A DNA stretch of 64,000 bases, from assembly GCA_951406725.2 (NCBI GenBank), contig OX597822.1, positions 38,688,001 to 38,752,000 on the forward strand, in the 5' to 3' direction. Positions 38,241 to 51,446 of the stretch are shown one piece after another (the stretch's first letter is position 1; every line of letters begins with the position of its first letter). The translations under genes and the position numbers were made by a program. A model generated the notes under the pieces. That model had not been told where the DNA came from. It saw only the letters and a list, made by a program, of their open reading frames with translations, and made no database searches. The DNA comes from Octopus vulgaris (lineage: Eukaryota).

Positions 38241-39754
38241 AGTGGACTGGAGCAAAGTGAAATAAAGTGTCTTGCTCAAGGCCACACCATGCAACCAGGA
38301 ATTGAACCCACAGCCTATTTGGAGACTTGTAATCTCTCATTTCTCTTTCAATTACCCTATTGTTCTGCAGCACCTCTACATACATGTTCCTCCAATTATT
38401 TCTCAGTAACTTAATGCTATTATCTTGTAATTTTATACTAACAGAATTTATCTTCCGCCCTCTCTTCATAATAAACACTGCACACTTATTTAGCCCAAAC
38501 TGTGCACCAACATCCTTATTTTATATTCTTACTGTTTGCATCTATGAATCCAGGTCTTTTTCACTTTTTGTACAGTTTGAAGTCTTCTGTATATATAACA
38601 TGATTTATTTTCACCCTAGGTTTGGTTAGTTTCTAGACAGGCCTGGATTTTCTCAGTATACTTATCAGCAGAAGGATTAAATTAACACAATGATAAGTAA
38701 TGAAAAAAAGAGAGTCTCCCTGGAACATCCCCACCTGAGCTGAGTATGTGTGTGTGTGTGTTGGTATTGTAGTATGTATGTGTGCCTTTGTAACAAGTTC
38801 GTGTAAACACAGAAATGGTAGAGTCTGCGGCAAAAACACTTTAAGCAAGACATCATTTCCAAGTCAACACTGGGAAATTCTGTGGTTACTTGACCTGCTA
38901 GATATAGTAGCTAAATCTCTCTATTGTCTCTAAAAAGAAACTTAGTAGTGGGTTCAGAGGTCTTCAGGGTCACATTTCATCCTTTTCAACTCTCCTGAGA
39001 TGATACAATACATGCCAGGTATTTCTGTTTAACTAATGTTAAGCTCTTACCAAGTGGAACTTTATGGGTGAGTTGTAATTTTGAGAGATTTGGCTGCCGT
39101 TTCTAGCAAGTTGTGTGACCACATAGAGACTTCCTTGAAGTTTTCCTATAATTCTGGCATTGTGCCAATGTTAGAAATTGTAATGATTACAGTTATTATG
39201 ATTTCAGAACCTTATTTTGACAGAGAAAACAATAATGGTTCAACTCTGTTTGTGGTGACTGACGGCGTGTGTTTGAGTGAACTCCAGAGATTTCCCTCGC
39301 TGGACAAGCCAACTTTTTCAAGTACCACTTGAAGAGGAAGGGGTGAGGGTGGATATGAAAATACTGACTCACACCTCGTAAAATTGCTGAAAGAAGGTGA
39401 GTGAGGAGTGGCAAGCAATTGCTTGAGAGAAAGTCTCTGCACTGAATACAGACCTGTAAGTTTGGGGGAAGGGTGATGATGATAATGATGTAATAGCTGT
39501 GGTGGCTGTTACAGTAGTGATGGTTGAGGTGGTTATTATAGAGATGATGGTTGTGACAATAATTATGATGGTAGGGTGGCAGTCCTGGTGATTGTTGTCT
39601 TTTTTTAGGTCTAGATCATCCATGAGCAGATGCCATGATCAAAAACATTACAACCCTGATCATTCCATATTTTTGCATTGTATATCTAAGACTACACAGA
39701 AAAATGTGTCCCTCCTTTTTTAAGAAAGTAGGATTGGATTTAGACTTGAACATA

Positions 39755-40320
39755 TTGGGTTGTCCGGAAAGTTCATGCCGATTTTTAAAGGAAAGAAAAA
39801 GGTCAATAAATACTTGCCATTACATTTTTAATCAACCAAATATGAACCATTTTGTTGCACAATGCATCTCCATCTTTCCTTTAACTTGAAAATACCCTCT
39901 TCCCAGAATTGAGGTAGTTTCATGGCAAAGAATTCATCAAGGTATCTTTTTACGTCATCCAAGGAATTCTAATTTTTACCATTAAGACTATTCTGCAGAG
40001 ACCTGAATAAGTGGAAATCCGAAGGAGCAATATCTGGTGCATATGGAGGGTGAGGTAACACATCCCAGCCAAGCTGCAGCAATTTTTGTCTGGTTCCCAA
40101 AGCATCAAGTGCTGAACATGAACTTTCTTATCTTCCATTTTAAAGGGTTACAGAATTAACACAGGTTATAAGAACATAAATCTTCTTCCACGAAAAGATA
40201 GCTTAAACTGTGCTCTAAATGGAGGTGTAGTCAAATCCTATTTTATGGACTCAACAATGTTCTAAAATAAGTCGAAAGGTAAGCTACTATAAATTGGCAC
40301 AAACTTTCCGGACAACACAA
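39755..40320 (-). mobile_element. Internally deleted mariner, 566 bp
   Basis: TA on both sides; TIRs TTGGGTTGTCCGGAAAGTTCATGCCGATTT / AAATTGGCACAAACTTTCCGGACAACACAA; N-terminal MEDKKVH joined to LPHPPYAPDIAPSDFHLFRSLQN..WEEGIFKLKERW. Confidence 0.92.
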
Positions 40321-41772
40321 TATTTTGTGGCTATTACTAACAGATCAAATAATTGCACAGAGGATCTCTTAGTTTGGAGAGTCATGAGGTTGATTATAAC
40401 AGTGGTGGTAATGATAATGGGGTGGTGATGAAGATGATGATGGTGAAAATGGCAGTAGTGATGTTATGGTGGTGATGTTATGATAAAGGTGATGGTGATG
40501 GCAGTGATTATACATATTTTTTTCTCCTGTAACATAGTGTCTATAGGGACCCTGTGGCAAATCAATGTTGTTGTTGTATTAATAATCTATTTTATTTATT
40601 AATTAGCAGTAACTAATAGGCATAGACATCATGTAGCAAACAGCAATCAATTTGGTAATTAAAAACCAACAGGTGCTCTAATACACACACACCACCACCA
40701 CCACCACTACCAACACCATTACACCACACACATATCTGAAAAATATGCAAACACAAACACTCACATATGCAGACAGACACCCTCTCACTCATGTTCATGT
40801 ACAGATAGAGGTGTGTACACGTGCGCATGCACAAACACACACACACACACACACACACATGCATACACGTACTTCTACTGACTGAGTTCCTGACAGTTTA
40901 AGGAACAGTGGAGAGGGAGAGGAGAGGAAAGAAATAGGTGGGGTGTGGAACTAACTGCAGGGAATCAGCAGGGGTAGGGCAGGATGTTGTTGTTGTTGCG
41001 GGAGGAGTAGGGGGGGATGGGGGTGCAAGGATGGATGTGGTGATGCCTGTCTTGTGTTATCATGGAAACAGTTAGCAAGAGGGAATGCAATCAAGTGAAC
41101 GAAGGGATTTTGTTTGGGTGGTGATGGTGGTGGTGGAGGAGTGACAGGATGCAGCAGGAGTGGGGGGAGCCGGAATAAATCTTTAAGGAGCTTTGAAGGT
41201 TTGATTAAGTATAAAAAAAAAGAGCATTTGACTTGTCAGCAGAAAGATAGGGGGTGTGGTGAGACGAGGTAAGGATGGATAAGCAACGATGGTAGCTGAG
41301 ATAGCATTTTGTAGAACTCAGTCCACCTTTACCTGCAGGGCCCCACCGGTGAGGTGAAAAAACCTGTGCTGAAAGGTAGTTGGTTGAAAGGCCAGTGTCC
41401 CTAAATCCTTCCCATCCCACCCGACAGATGTATTTATTCCACTGAGGTAGAGGAGAAGGGAAGGTCATGGTGGGCTGTTCTAAGGTCAGAGAAATATGTT
41501 GTCCCTAATTTAACAATGGTTGGGTACACTTACACACACACACATTTACACAGTAACACACACTTATACACATGCACATACACTTACTCACACTTACACA
41601 CACACACTAACACACACTACACACACCAACATACACACACTCACACACACTGATATACACACACACATGGTGACACACACACTAACATACACACATTCGC
41701 ACACAATTACACACACGTGCATACACTTACACACACACACCACATGCACACACATACACACATATGAAGGCT

Positions 41773-42171
41773 ACATCTTTATCTTTTACTTGTTTCAGTC
41801 TGTTTCAGACTGTGGCCATGCTGGGGTTCTACCTTGAAGAGCTTTTAGTCAAATGAATCAACACCAGTACTTAGCTTTTTTTTTAAGCCTGGCACCTACT
41901 CTATCAGTTCCTTTTGCCAAACTGCTAAGTTACAGGGACATAAAACACACCAACACTGGCTGTCAAGTGGAACAAACACAAAGACATGCACACACGCATG
42001 TGCGTATATACAATGGGCTTCTTTCAGTTTCCTTCTACCAAATCCACTCAAACAGCTTTGGTCAGACTGAAGTTATAGAAGACACTCAACCAAGGTGCCA
42101 CACAGTAGGATTGAAACTGGAACCATGTCATTGGGAAGCAATCTTCTAACCACACAACCACACTTATGCCT
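41773..42171 (-). mobile_element. Family A SINE, diverged
   Basis: Tail, body and head recognisable. Confidence 0.82.
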
Positions 42172-42968
42172 ATCCCATCCACGCCTGTGTCTATGCATAG
42201 TTTTCAGATACAATGTCTGAAGAAGAATACAGATTTTCTCGATCAGGTTGGCCTGGGGCTAAATATACAATTCGAACAACTACAATAGCAACAACAACAA
42301 CAACAACAACAACAGCAACACTGAACAAAGAAAAGCAACAATGACAGCAAAGCCTAAATACAAATAGGAGTCCATAAAAATTACGTTGATTGGTCTGTGA
42401 AGGATATTAACATCCTGGTAATTTATTCCACTGCCAAGATGACCATTTCATTAACAATCATAATTAACAATAACAACAATAACGACGACGATGACAATGA
42501 TGACGTCGATGATGATGATGATGATGGTGATGGCCATTGGTATCCAACAAGGAAATGCAAAATCTATCAGATTTTCATTAATAATAATTCTTGCTGTAAT
42601 TTCAGCCTATTTTGTATGTAACCAAGAATAATGACAATAATGATGGTGATGGTGGTGATGGTGATGATGATGATGATGATGATGATGATCACCATGGCAG
42701 CCAACTACAAAAGGAGGCATGCTTTTACATGGTCAATATTTCCACAAACTGAATGACCTATATTTATAGATATCCATGTGATGTGTGAGTGTGTGTGTGT
42801 GTTTGTAACATATGCGGCTCTGCATCGGAATTGAATAGTCATGTGAGAGGTCATGAATGGAAAGTCAGAAATGCCGCTGACAATGAGGAAGCATGGAGAG
42901 ACTGCAATCATCTATGAAGATGGAGCAATCACCATCAATGTGTGTGTGTCTATGTGTGTACATGTATG

Positions 42969-43005
<37 letters not shown>

Positions 43006-43145
43006 GTGTATATATTTACATATTGATGTGTATGTGTGTGTGTGTGATCATCATCCTTTAACGTCCTCCTTCCATGCTGGCATGGGTTGGACGGCATGGG
43101 CTGGAGCTGGCAAGTCATAAGACTGATCCAGGCTCTATTGTTTGC

Positions 43146-43222
<77 letters not shown>

Positions 43223-43710
43223 TGTGTACAAAATAAGCAACAGTAGAAACAGATTTACCATGCACCACCACCACCACCACAACCACCACCACCACCTCAC
43301 CAAGACATCTCCAAAGGTCAACACATGGAGAAGACGAATGTTTGAGTGGTGTATTTTCCGCAACAACATAATCTAGAAGGATATTTCACACTGGTTTCTA
43401 CACAATAGACTTAATGACACAATAACATATCAGATTTACCCTAGATATGCCTGACCACTCAGCTTCAACTGCTTCAAGGAGAAGCTTTAAGTATTTACAT
43501 GAAACCCTGCCTGTCTTAGAAAAAGGAGAATGAGAAAATATTATGGCACTTCAACAGACAGAGAGACACACAGACAGACCGCCAGATGCTATATAATAAA
43601 CTGTAAATCTGTATTGGTGACAATTGTGACAACAGTGGATTAATTAGCATTGATATATCCAACCAAAATTTGTGAGTGGATTTCATAGACGGAAACTGAA
43701 AGAAGCCCAA

Positions 43711-43774
<64 letters not shown>

Positions 43775-43875
43775 TTTAGAATAATAAAGGTGAAAAATTG
43801 ACTATCAATTTAAAACCAGTGGTCTAGCATACAGAAAAATCTGAAGATTCAGAAAAATTATATTACACATATATA

Positions 43876-44043
43876 TAAGAGGGATGATCACTAAGTGGAC
43901 ATCCATATGCTAGAAGTTGACCCCCTATGGTCTTACCACTAAGAAAGGAATGTTCTCAAGAAAATTTAGCTAAATTTTCTTGGTAAGACTATAGGGGGTC
44001 GACTTCTAGCACATGGATGTCCACTTAGTGATCATCCCTCTTA
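43876..44043. repeat. Long inverted repeat (63 bp arms) with palindromic centre
   Basis: 43876-43938 is complementary to 43981-44043 with about three mismatches; centre AAGAAAATTTAGCTAAATTTTCTT. Confidence 0.9.
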
Positions 44044-44097
44044 GATATATATGTATGTATATATACATACACATATATATATATATATATACATACA

Positions 44098-44312
44098 CAG
44101 TAATCCCTCGCCATATCATGGTTCACCTATCGCGGTTTTAAGCCTATGTCAATTCCACCGTGGTGTTGTTTTGCATTTATAATAAAATAAATATATACAA
44201 ATTATAAAAATAATAAAAAAAATATACAGTACAGTACTGTTTCTACTTTGCGGATTTTCACCTATCATGGAGGTTTTGGAATGTAACACCTGCGATAGTC
44301 AAGGGATTACTG
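44098..44312. mobile_element. pogo/Tigger-like MITE, 215 bp
   Basis: TIRs CAGTAATCCCTCGCCATATC / GATAGTCAAGGGATTACTG, TA on the right. Confidence 0.85.
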
Positions 44313-44611
44313 TATACACACACACACACATACTTGTACTGTTTTGAAAATCAACACATGATTTCAACAGTTTTTATTATAAGATTGACAAAGGAAGTTG
44401 AGTTTAACCCTAGGTGCTAAGAACCACTGATGAGAATTAAGGTGGTCTGCACTAAAATTCAAGATCATGATACGGTTGTGTATGCTAGGGACTTACCTCC
44501 CTTTGTCAGTTGTTGAATTTGTGCTTTAGTACCTTTAGAGTGCTAATCAACACCCTCTGTCATTTTTGCAGCCTCTATTAATTTTGCCTACATATGTATA
44601 AATATATACAT

Positions 44612-45017
44612 CAGGGACATGCCACCAGGGTAGGAAAGGTAGGCAGTGCCTACTCTGAATAAAACAGATCGATAGTAACAGTTTCCTTTTATGTCGAAAT
44701 ATGCACCAAATTCAATAAAACTATGAAGGTTAGTCTGATTACTATGCATAAAATACAAAATATTTTATTTTTTTGTAGATAAGGTAGGCATAATTAATCC
44801 CTGCCTTTCGATCTCAGTATTAAAGCTATGCATAGTATTGCTGTAGCACATGTGCTGTGTACATTCCTACAACAACATTTTCTTTACATACTATAAAGGC
44901 AGAAGTAAATCTGCCTCCAACGCAGTCACATGCCTGTATTTTGCTTATTTTTTTGTGTTTTACTACATAAATGTCACCAACTGCCTACCCTGAGTAATTA
45001 CTGACTGCACATGTCTG
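44612..45017. mobile_element. hAT-like MITE
   Basis: 8 bp TSD ATATACAT (44604-44611, 45018-45025); CAG..CTG ends; subterminal GGGTAGG / CCTACCC motifs. Confidence 0.7.
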
Positions 45018-45032
45018 ATATACATATGTATA

Positions 45033-45832
45033 TTCTTTTACTTGATTCAGTCATTTGACTGTGGCCATGCTAGAGCACTGCCTTGAAGGGTTTTAGTCAA
45101 ATAAATTAACCCCAGGACTTAATTTCTTAAACCTAGTACTTATTCTATCAGTCTCTTTTCTTGAACCACTAAGTAATCGGTACATAAACACACTAACATT
45201 GGTTGTCAAGTGATGGTTGGGGACAAACATAGACACAAAGACACATACACATAGTTATACATACATATATATATATATAATCAAAATGATAAGATGAGAA
45301 CATGGCTGATGCCAGCACCGCCCTGATTGGCTTCCGTGCCGGTGGCATGTAAAAAGCACTGTCTGATTGTGGCCACTGTCAGCCTCCTCTGGCACCTGTG
45401 CTGGTGGCACGTAAAAAGCACCCACTACATTCACAGAGTGGTTGGCATTAGGAAGGGCATCCATCAGTAGAAACACTGCCAGATCAGACTAGAGCCTGGT
45501 GCAGCCTCCTGGCTTCCCAGAACCCCGGTCGAGCCGTCCAACCCATGCTAGCATGGAAAACGGACGTTAAACGATGATGATGATGATGATGAGAAAATAG
45601 AAAGGTAATTAATAAATTATTATTTATTAATTAAACAATTGACGAACATCCCTTACAGAAAACTAATTAATCAATTAATTTTCTGGCTCTCAGAAAATTA
45701 ATTAATTAAATTAAAAATTATATGAAAGTTGAATCTCCTCAGAGGGAGAAAGGTATACAAAGTAGGTGTTCAATTTCCTCACATTGAGAAAACAGCTGCA
45801 AACCTGAATGAGGTTTGTAACCTTTAATTGTG

Positions 45833-45877
<45 letters not shown>

Positions 45878-46047
45878 GATGGGCTTCTTTCAGTTTCCGT
45901 CAACCAAATCCACTCGCAAGGCTTTAGTTGGCCTGAGGCTATAACAGAAGACACTTGTTGAAGGTGCCATGCAGTGTGACTGAACTTTGGAACCTTGAAC
46001 CATGTGGTTGGGAAGCAAGCTTCTTTCCACACAGCTACTCCTGCACC
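45033..46047 (-). mobile_element. Family A SINE split by a family B copy (about 45295-45592) and an AT-rich repeat fragment
   Basis: 3' half 45033-45250 and 5' half 45877-46047 are collinear in the same orientation. Confidence 0.75.
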
Positions 46048-46698
46048 TATATATATATATATATAAAAAAGAGTATTTCTCAAACCATGAATAATTATAA
46101 TTGTTTCTAACATACTTGGTGACCCTATCAGTGCAGGTGCCACTTAAAAGCACCCAGTCCACACTGTAAAGTGGTTGGTGTTCGGAAGGACATCCAGCTG
46201 TAAAAACCTTGCCAAAACTGACCTCGCCTGTGCTTGTGCCATGTAAAAAGCACCAAGTTCACTCTGCTGAGTGGTTGGTATTCGGAAGGTCATCCAGCTG
46301 TAAAAATCCTGCCAAAACTGTTTGATGCAGGCCTTGGCCTGGCCGGCACTTGTGGTACTGTCCCACCCATGCTAGCATGGAAGACAGACATTAAATGTTG
46401 ATGATGACAATGGTGATGATAAGGCACAAGGCCTGAAATTTGTGGGGGGGGGGTGGAACAGTTGAATATATTGATTTCTAGTATTTGACTGGTTTTTCAT
46501 CTTACTTAATGACATTTGACTGTAAAAATACCTGCCTCAACATATTGTATTTGACCCATACAATTATGGAGAAGGTGACATTAAAACGATGACAATCACA
46601 TACATACACACACACACGTGCATGCACTCGAATGTAGGGTAGGTGTGAAATGCTGGATCTGGCTGGATTGAACATAAAACTTGTAGAATATTAGGCCA

Positions 46699-47038
46699 AG
46701 TGAAGGCGCATGGCTCAGTGGTTAGAGCGTTGAGCTCACAATCATGAAGTAATGAGTTCAATTCCTGGACCAGGCTGTGTGTTGTGTTCTTGAGCAAGAC
46801 ACTTTATTTTCACATTGCTCCAGTTCACTCATCTGTAGAACTGAATTGTGGTGCCAATGGTGCCAAGCTGTTTTGGCCTTTGCCTTTCCATTGGATAACA
46901 TCGGTGGTGCGGAAAAGGGAGGCTGGTATGCATGGATGACAGCTGGTTTTCCATAAAAAAACCTTGCCCGGACTTGTGTCTTGGAGGGGAACTTTCTAGG
47001 TGCAATCCCATGGTCATTCATGACCGAAGGTGGTCTTT
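46699..47038 (+). mobile_element. Family C SINE, full length
   Basis: GTGAAGGCGCATGGCTCAGTGGTTAGAGC head, GAGTTCAATTCC B box, CORE-like TTCTTGAGCAAGACACTT. Confidence 0.92.
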
Positions 47039-48097
47039 ATTAGGCCAAGATACAGCCAGTTTAAATGCTAAAGAGTTCAGACATGAGGAAGAAGAGGAGC
47101 TAAACATGGATTTCTGGGTTCTTGGCATCCAGCAAAGTAGAAGCTTTCTTTGCAGAGTGATGATCTCATGAGGTTCAAACAAATACATACACACGTGTGG
47201 TGTACGTGTGTGTGTGTGTGTGTGTGCATGCGTGTGCATTTATTTGAACCACATGGATGTACATAAATACATGTGACTGTGGGTTAAGAATACACACACA
47301 TGTGCAGTGTACATTTGTGTATGTTATAATCAGTACAATGTGTTTCGGGAATCACTAGCTTCTTCCTCCTCACCATTACTACCACAACCACCACCACCAC
47401 TACTACTACTACTGCTACTACCACTACTATCAACATCAGTTCCACTATCACTACAACTATAACCACAACCACTGGTACCTCAATCAATAATTAGGTAAAT
47501 GTAACTATGTCAATAAATTAGTTAATTACTATAAATGTTGCCACCGCAATCCACTCCTTTCCTCTTACCATCCTCCACTTCACTCACAGAACTAGTCTCC
47601 TCCTCTGCTGCTGCAACCACCACCACCACCACCACCACCACTACCACTGTGGTTTATTCATGTTACTGCCATCCTTGTGGCCTGTCCTCACAACTACCAC
47701 CATCACCACCACCACTACCACCACTGTTGCAGCCGCCACCACCAAATCCACCACCATGGTCTATTCTTGTTATTGCCACTGCTGTGCCTAACTGTACTAC
47801 CACCACCACTTTGGTGTGAACATGTTTTAAAATAATCATCACCAACTACAACACCACCACCATTTCTGGAACCATTGCCAACAATCTCAAAAAAGAAAGA
47901 AAGAAAGAAAGAAAGAAAAACAGGAAGAACATTGGACAATGTGATCCTAGGTACACTGTTTTCATTAAAAAAAAAAAAAAGTTGGATGATCACAGTTCAA
48001 AGGTCTCTTGTTGATCACAGATCTGCTTAATCAGGGTTGACCTGGGATTAAACAACAACATCACCATATATATACATATAGATATATATATATATAT

Positions 48098-48383
48098 TTC
48101 GTCTTTGGATTTGGTTTGCAAGATTATTTATATGAGTTCGTGTGATGAAGCATATTCTGTTGTGTCTCAGGAGAGTCATTCTCTTTTAGTACCTTATTAT
48201 TTAACACACTCACTAGTAAAATTTCCACTTATTTCTTATTTTCATTTTCTAAAATTTCGTTGCATGTTGCAACCTTTTCAATAGTCTTTAGAAAATGAAA
48301 ATAAGAAATAAGTGGAAATTTTACCAGTGAGTGTGTTAAATAATAAGGCACTAAAAGAGAATGACTCTCCCCAGACACTACAG
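48098..48383. repeat. Fold-back element, family G
   Basis: About 48162-48254 is complementary to 48287-48378; flanked by (TA)n. Confidence 0.88.
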
Positions 48384-48413
48384 TATATATATATATACAC
48401 ATACATACAAATA

Positions 48414-48795
48414 TACTCTTTTACTCTCTTTTACTTGTTTCAGTCATTTGACTGCAGCCATGCAGGAGCACTGCCTTTAGTCGAGCAAATCAACCCCAGG
48501 ACTTATTCTTTGTAAGCCTTGTACTTATTCTATCACTCTCTTTTGCCAAACCGCTAAGTTACGGGCACGTATACACACCAGCATCGATTGTCAAGCAATG
48601 CTGGGGGAACAAACACAGACACACAAACATATACACACACATACATACGATGAGCTTCTTTCAATTTCTGTCTACCAAATCCACTCACAAGGCTTTGATC
48701 GGCCCGAGACTCTAGTAGAAGACACTTGCCCAAGGTGCCACGCAGTGGAATTGAACCCAGAACCATGTTGTTGGTAAGCAAGCTACTTACCACAT
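48414..48795 (-). mobile_element. Family A SINE
   Basis: Close match to 796-1190. Confidence 0.92.
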
Positions 48796-48859
48796 ACAAA
48801 CATATTTACTGTGTGTACATGTGGGTATGTATAAAGTGTTTCATGCTTTTAGATCCTCC

Positions 48860-49120
48860 TATGAAGTCTGATCAAAAAGTATCAAGACTGGAGCCATAAA
48901 AATGAAACTACAACATATAAGCAATTCAGCATTTAATCTCCTTTGAAGTAGACCCTTTCTGAAGTCATACACTTTATCCGCATTGTTTCCATTGATGGAA
49001 GCATTCCTAGAAGTTCTTTTTGGGGATAGCGAACAGCTAACAGCTGCCCCATAGCATTCTCTTGGATTTTTGCAACTTTTTGAAATTTTCTTTTCAAGTG
49101 GAATTTGATTCTTGGAAAGA
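48860..49120 (-). pseudogene. Mariner transposase C-terminal fragment with one terminus
   Basis: Minus frames FPRIKFHLKR, IQENAMGQL, LAIPK resemble mariner C-termini; terminus TATGAAGTCTGATCAAAAAGTATC. Confidence 0.7.
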
Positions 49121-49159
49121 TTTTTGGCCATAATAACCTTCAAGCCATGTCTCTCTTTC

Positions 49160-49195
<36 letters not shown>

Positions 49196-49508
49196 TTTTC
49201 TCTGTCATCATCACTTGTGGAGCCTTTATGGTGTGGTGAGATGACCACACTCTACACACTTTACAACTTAATGTGCATATGCAACAGAGTTCAAGGACAA
49301 TCTGTGCCAAGCAGCTTCACTCTGCAAACTTTACCTTTATTGATCATGAAAGGATAAAAAAACAAAGTCGACTTTGGCAGAATTTGAACCCAGAATATAC
49401 AGAGCCAAGAGAAATACATCAAAGCAATTTTTTCCCAATGCCCTAATGATTTTGTTAATTTAAATTCCTATTATGAGTATAAAACCAGAAATTTTGGAGA
49501 AAGCAGTT

Positions 49509-50103
49509 CATCATCATCATCATCATCATCATCATTTAACATCCGCTTTCCATGTTGGCATGGGTTGGATGGTTTGACAGAGGGCTGGCAAGACAAAAGG
49601 CTGCACCAGACTCCAATCTGATCTGGCAAGGTTTCTACAGCTGGATGCCCTTCCTAACTCCAACCACTCCAAGAGTGTAGTGGGTGCTTTTTACATGCCA
49701 CTGACATGGGGGCCAGTCAGGCAGCAATGGCATAGACCACGTTCAGATGGTGCTTTTTACATGCCACCGGTACGGGAGCCAATCGGGGAGGGGGGACTAG
49801 CATCGATCATGTTCAGATGGTGCTTTTTACATGTCACCAGCACAGGAAGCCAGTCAGGCAGCACTGGCATTGACCGTGTTCGGATGGTGCTTTTTACGTG
49901 CTGCTGGCATGAGGAGCCACTCAGGTGGCAATGGTATCAACCACGTTCGGATGGTGCTTTTTATGTTCCATCAGCACAAGAGCCAGTCAGTGGGGGATTG
50001 GCATCGACCACATTTGGATGGTGCTTTTTAACGTGCCACCTGTATGGGGAGCCAGTCAGGCGAGACTGGCATGACTCACACTTGAATGGTGCTTATTACA
50101 TGC
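49509..50103 (-). mobile_element. Family B retroposon with seven tandem 66-70 bp internal modules
   Basis: GGTGCTT(T/A)TTA recurs at 49683, 49749, 49819, 49886, 49953, 50020, 50088. Confidence 0.9.
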
Positions 50104-50169
50104 AGTTATTTGTATCAACCTTCACTACTTGACTGGTACTTCATTATATTTACCCTAGTACATAACTGG

Positions 50170-50490
50170 TGTGGATGTGCAATGGCTCAGAGGTTAGGGC
50201 AGTGGACTCGCAGTCGTAGGATTGCAGTTTTGATTCCCAGACCGGGCACTGTGAGTGTTTATTGAGTGAAAACACTCTTTCACCACAACTTCCTCTCGCT
50301 CTTTCTTCCTGTTTCTATTGTACCTGTATTTCAAAGGGTCTGCCTTGTCCCACTCTGAATCTCCCTGAGAACTACGTTAAGGGTACACGTGTCTGTGGAG
50401 TGCTCAGCCACTTGCACGTTAATTTCATGAGCAGGCTGTTCCATTGATCGGATCAACTGGAACCCTTGTTGTCATAATCGACGGAGTGCC
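50170..50490 (+). mobile_element. Family D-related SINE with variant head
   Basis: Matches 28421-28730. Confidence 0.88.
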
Positions 50491-50494
50491 ACGA

Positions 50495-51262
50495 CATAAC
50501 TGGTATTTAATTTTATGAACCTCATGAGGATGAAAGGCAAGACTTACCATAACAGAATTTGAAGCATGTGAAGTAATAATATTGGTAACCCTTTCTACTA
50601 TAGGCACATGGCTTGAAATTTTTTTGGGGGGGAAGGGCACTTGTTGATTACATCAACCTCAGTGCTTAACTGACACTTATTTTATCAACCCTGAAAAGAT
50701 GAAAGGCAAAGTTGACCTTGGTAGAATTTGAACTCAGAATGTAAAGCTAGAAGAAATGTTGCAAAGCATTCTGTCCAATGTGCTAACAATTCTGCCAGAT
50801 TGTCACCTTAGTAATAATCCTCTCTGCTACAGCCAGAAGGCCTGTAATCTTGGGAGGGGGGATAGTCAATTACATTGACCCCAGTACATAACTGGTACTA
50901 ATTTTATCAACCCCAAAAGGATGAAAGGCAAAGCTGACCTTGGTGGAATTTGAACTTAGAACCTGAAAAGATAAAAAATGCTACAAAGCATTTTGTCTGG
51001 TGCTCTAACAATTCTGCCAGCTCATCATCTTGGTAATAATAATGACAATGGTTTCAAATTTTGGCACAAGGCCAGCAATTTCGGGGGAGAGGAGAAATTG
51101 ATTAAATCCACCACAGTACTTGATTGGTACTTATTTTATCGACCCTGAGAGGATGAAAGTCAGAGTCAACCTTGGCGGAATTTGAACTCAGAACGTAAAT
51201 ATAGATGAACCACCACTAAGCATTTTGCATGGTATTCTAACGATTCTGCCACTCGCCGCCTT
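50495..51262 (-). mobile_element. Stack of three family E SINEs plus a fragment
   Basis: Head-to-tail bodies joined by TAATAA linkers. Confidence 0.88.
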
Positions 51263-51309
51263 AGTAATAATAATGATAATATTTGATAGCGTGAAGAATC
51301 AGTACTCAC

Positions 51310-51446
51310 CAAGGAGACAAGAAGGAGGACAGTTGGAAGAAGAATACAGAAAGGAGTACTCACCAAAGAGACAATCAGATACAGAATAAAGAACCAAAGA
51401 TCTTGCTTCCAAAATTGTAACTTACCTGAAAGAATAGAAAAAAGGA
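51310..51446 (-). promoter_or_regulatory. Candidate recursive splice site with cryptic exon (or a 5' UTR exon starting with GTAAGT)
   Basis: Minus ccttttttctattctttcag|GTAAGT (junction 51426/51425); TTG|GTGAGT donors 62 and 116 nt downstream; same strand as the coding exon. Confidence 0.55.

Noticed and set aside
41326-41385. Possible 36 nt minus-strand exon
   Set aside because: Mediocre splice signals (cag|gtaaag) and no supporting homology.
49680-50103. CRISPR-like periodic array
   Set aside because: The intervening sequences are similar to each other, the array is internal to a retroposon, and the context is eukaryotic with no cas genes.
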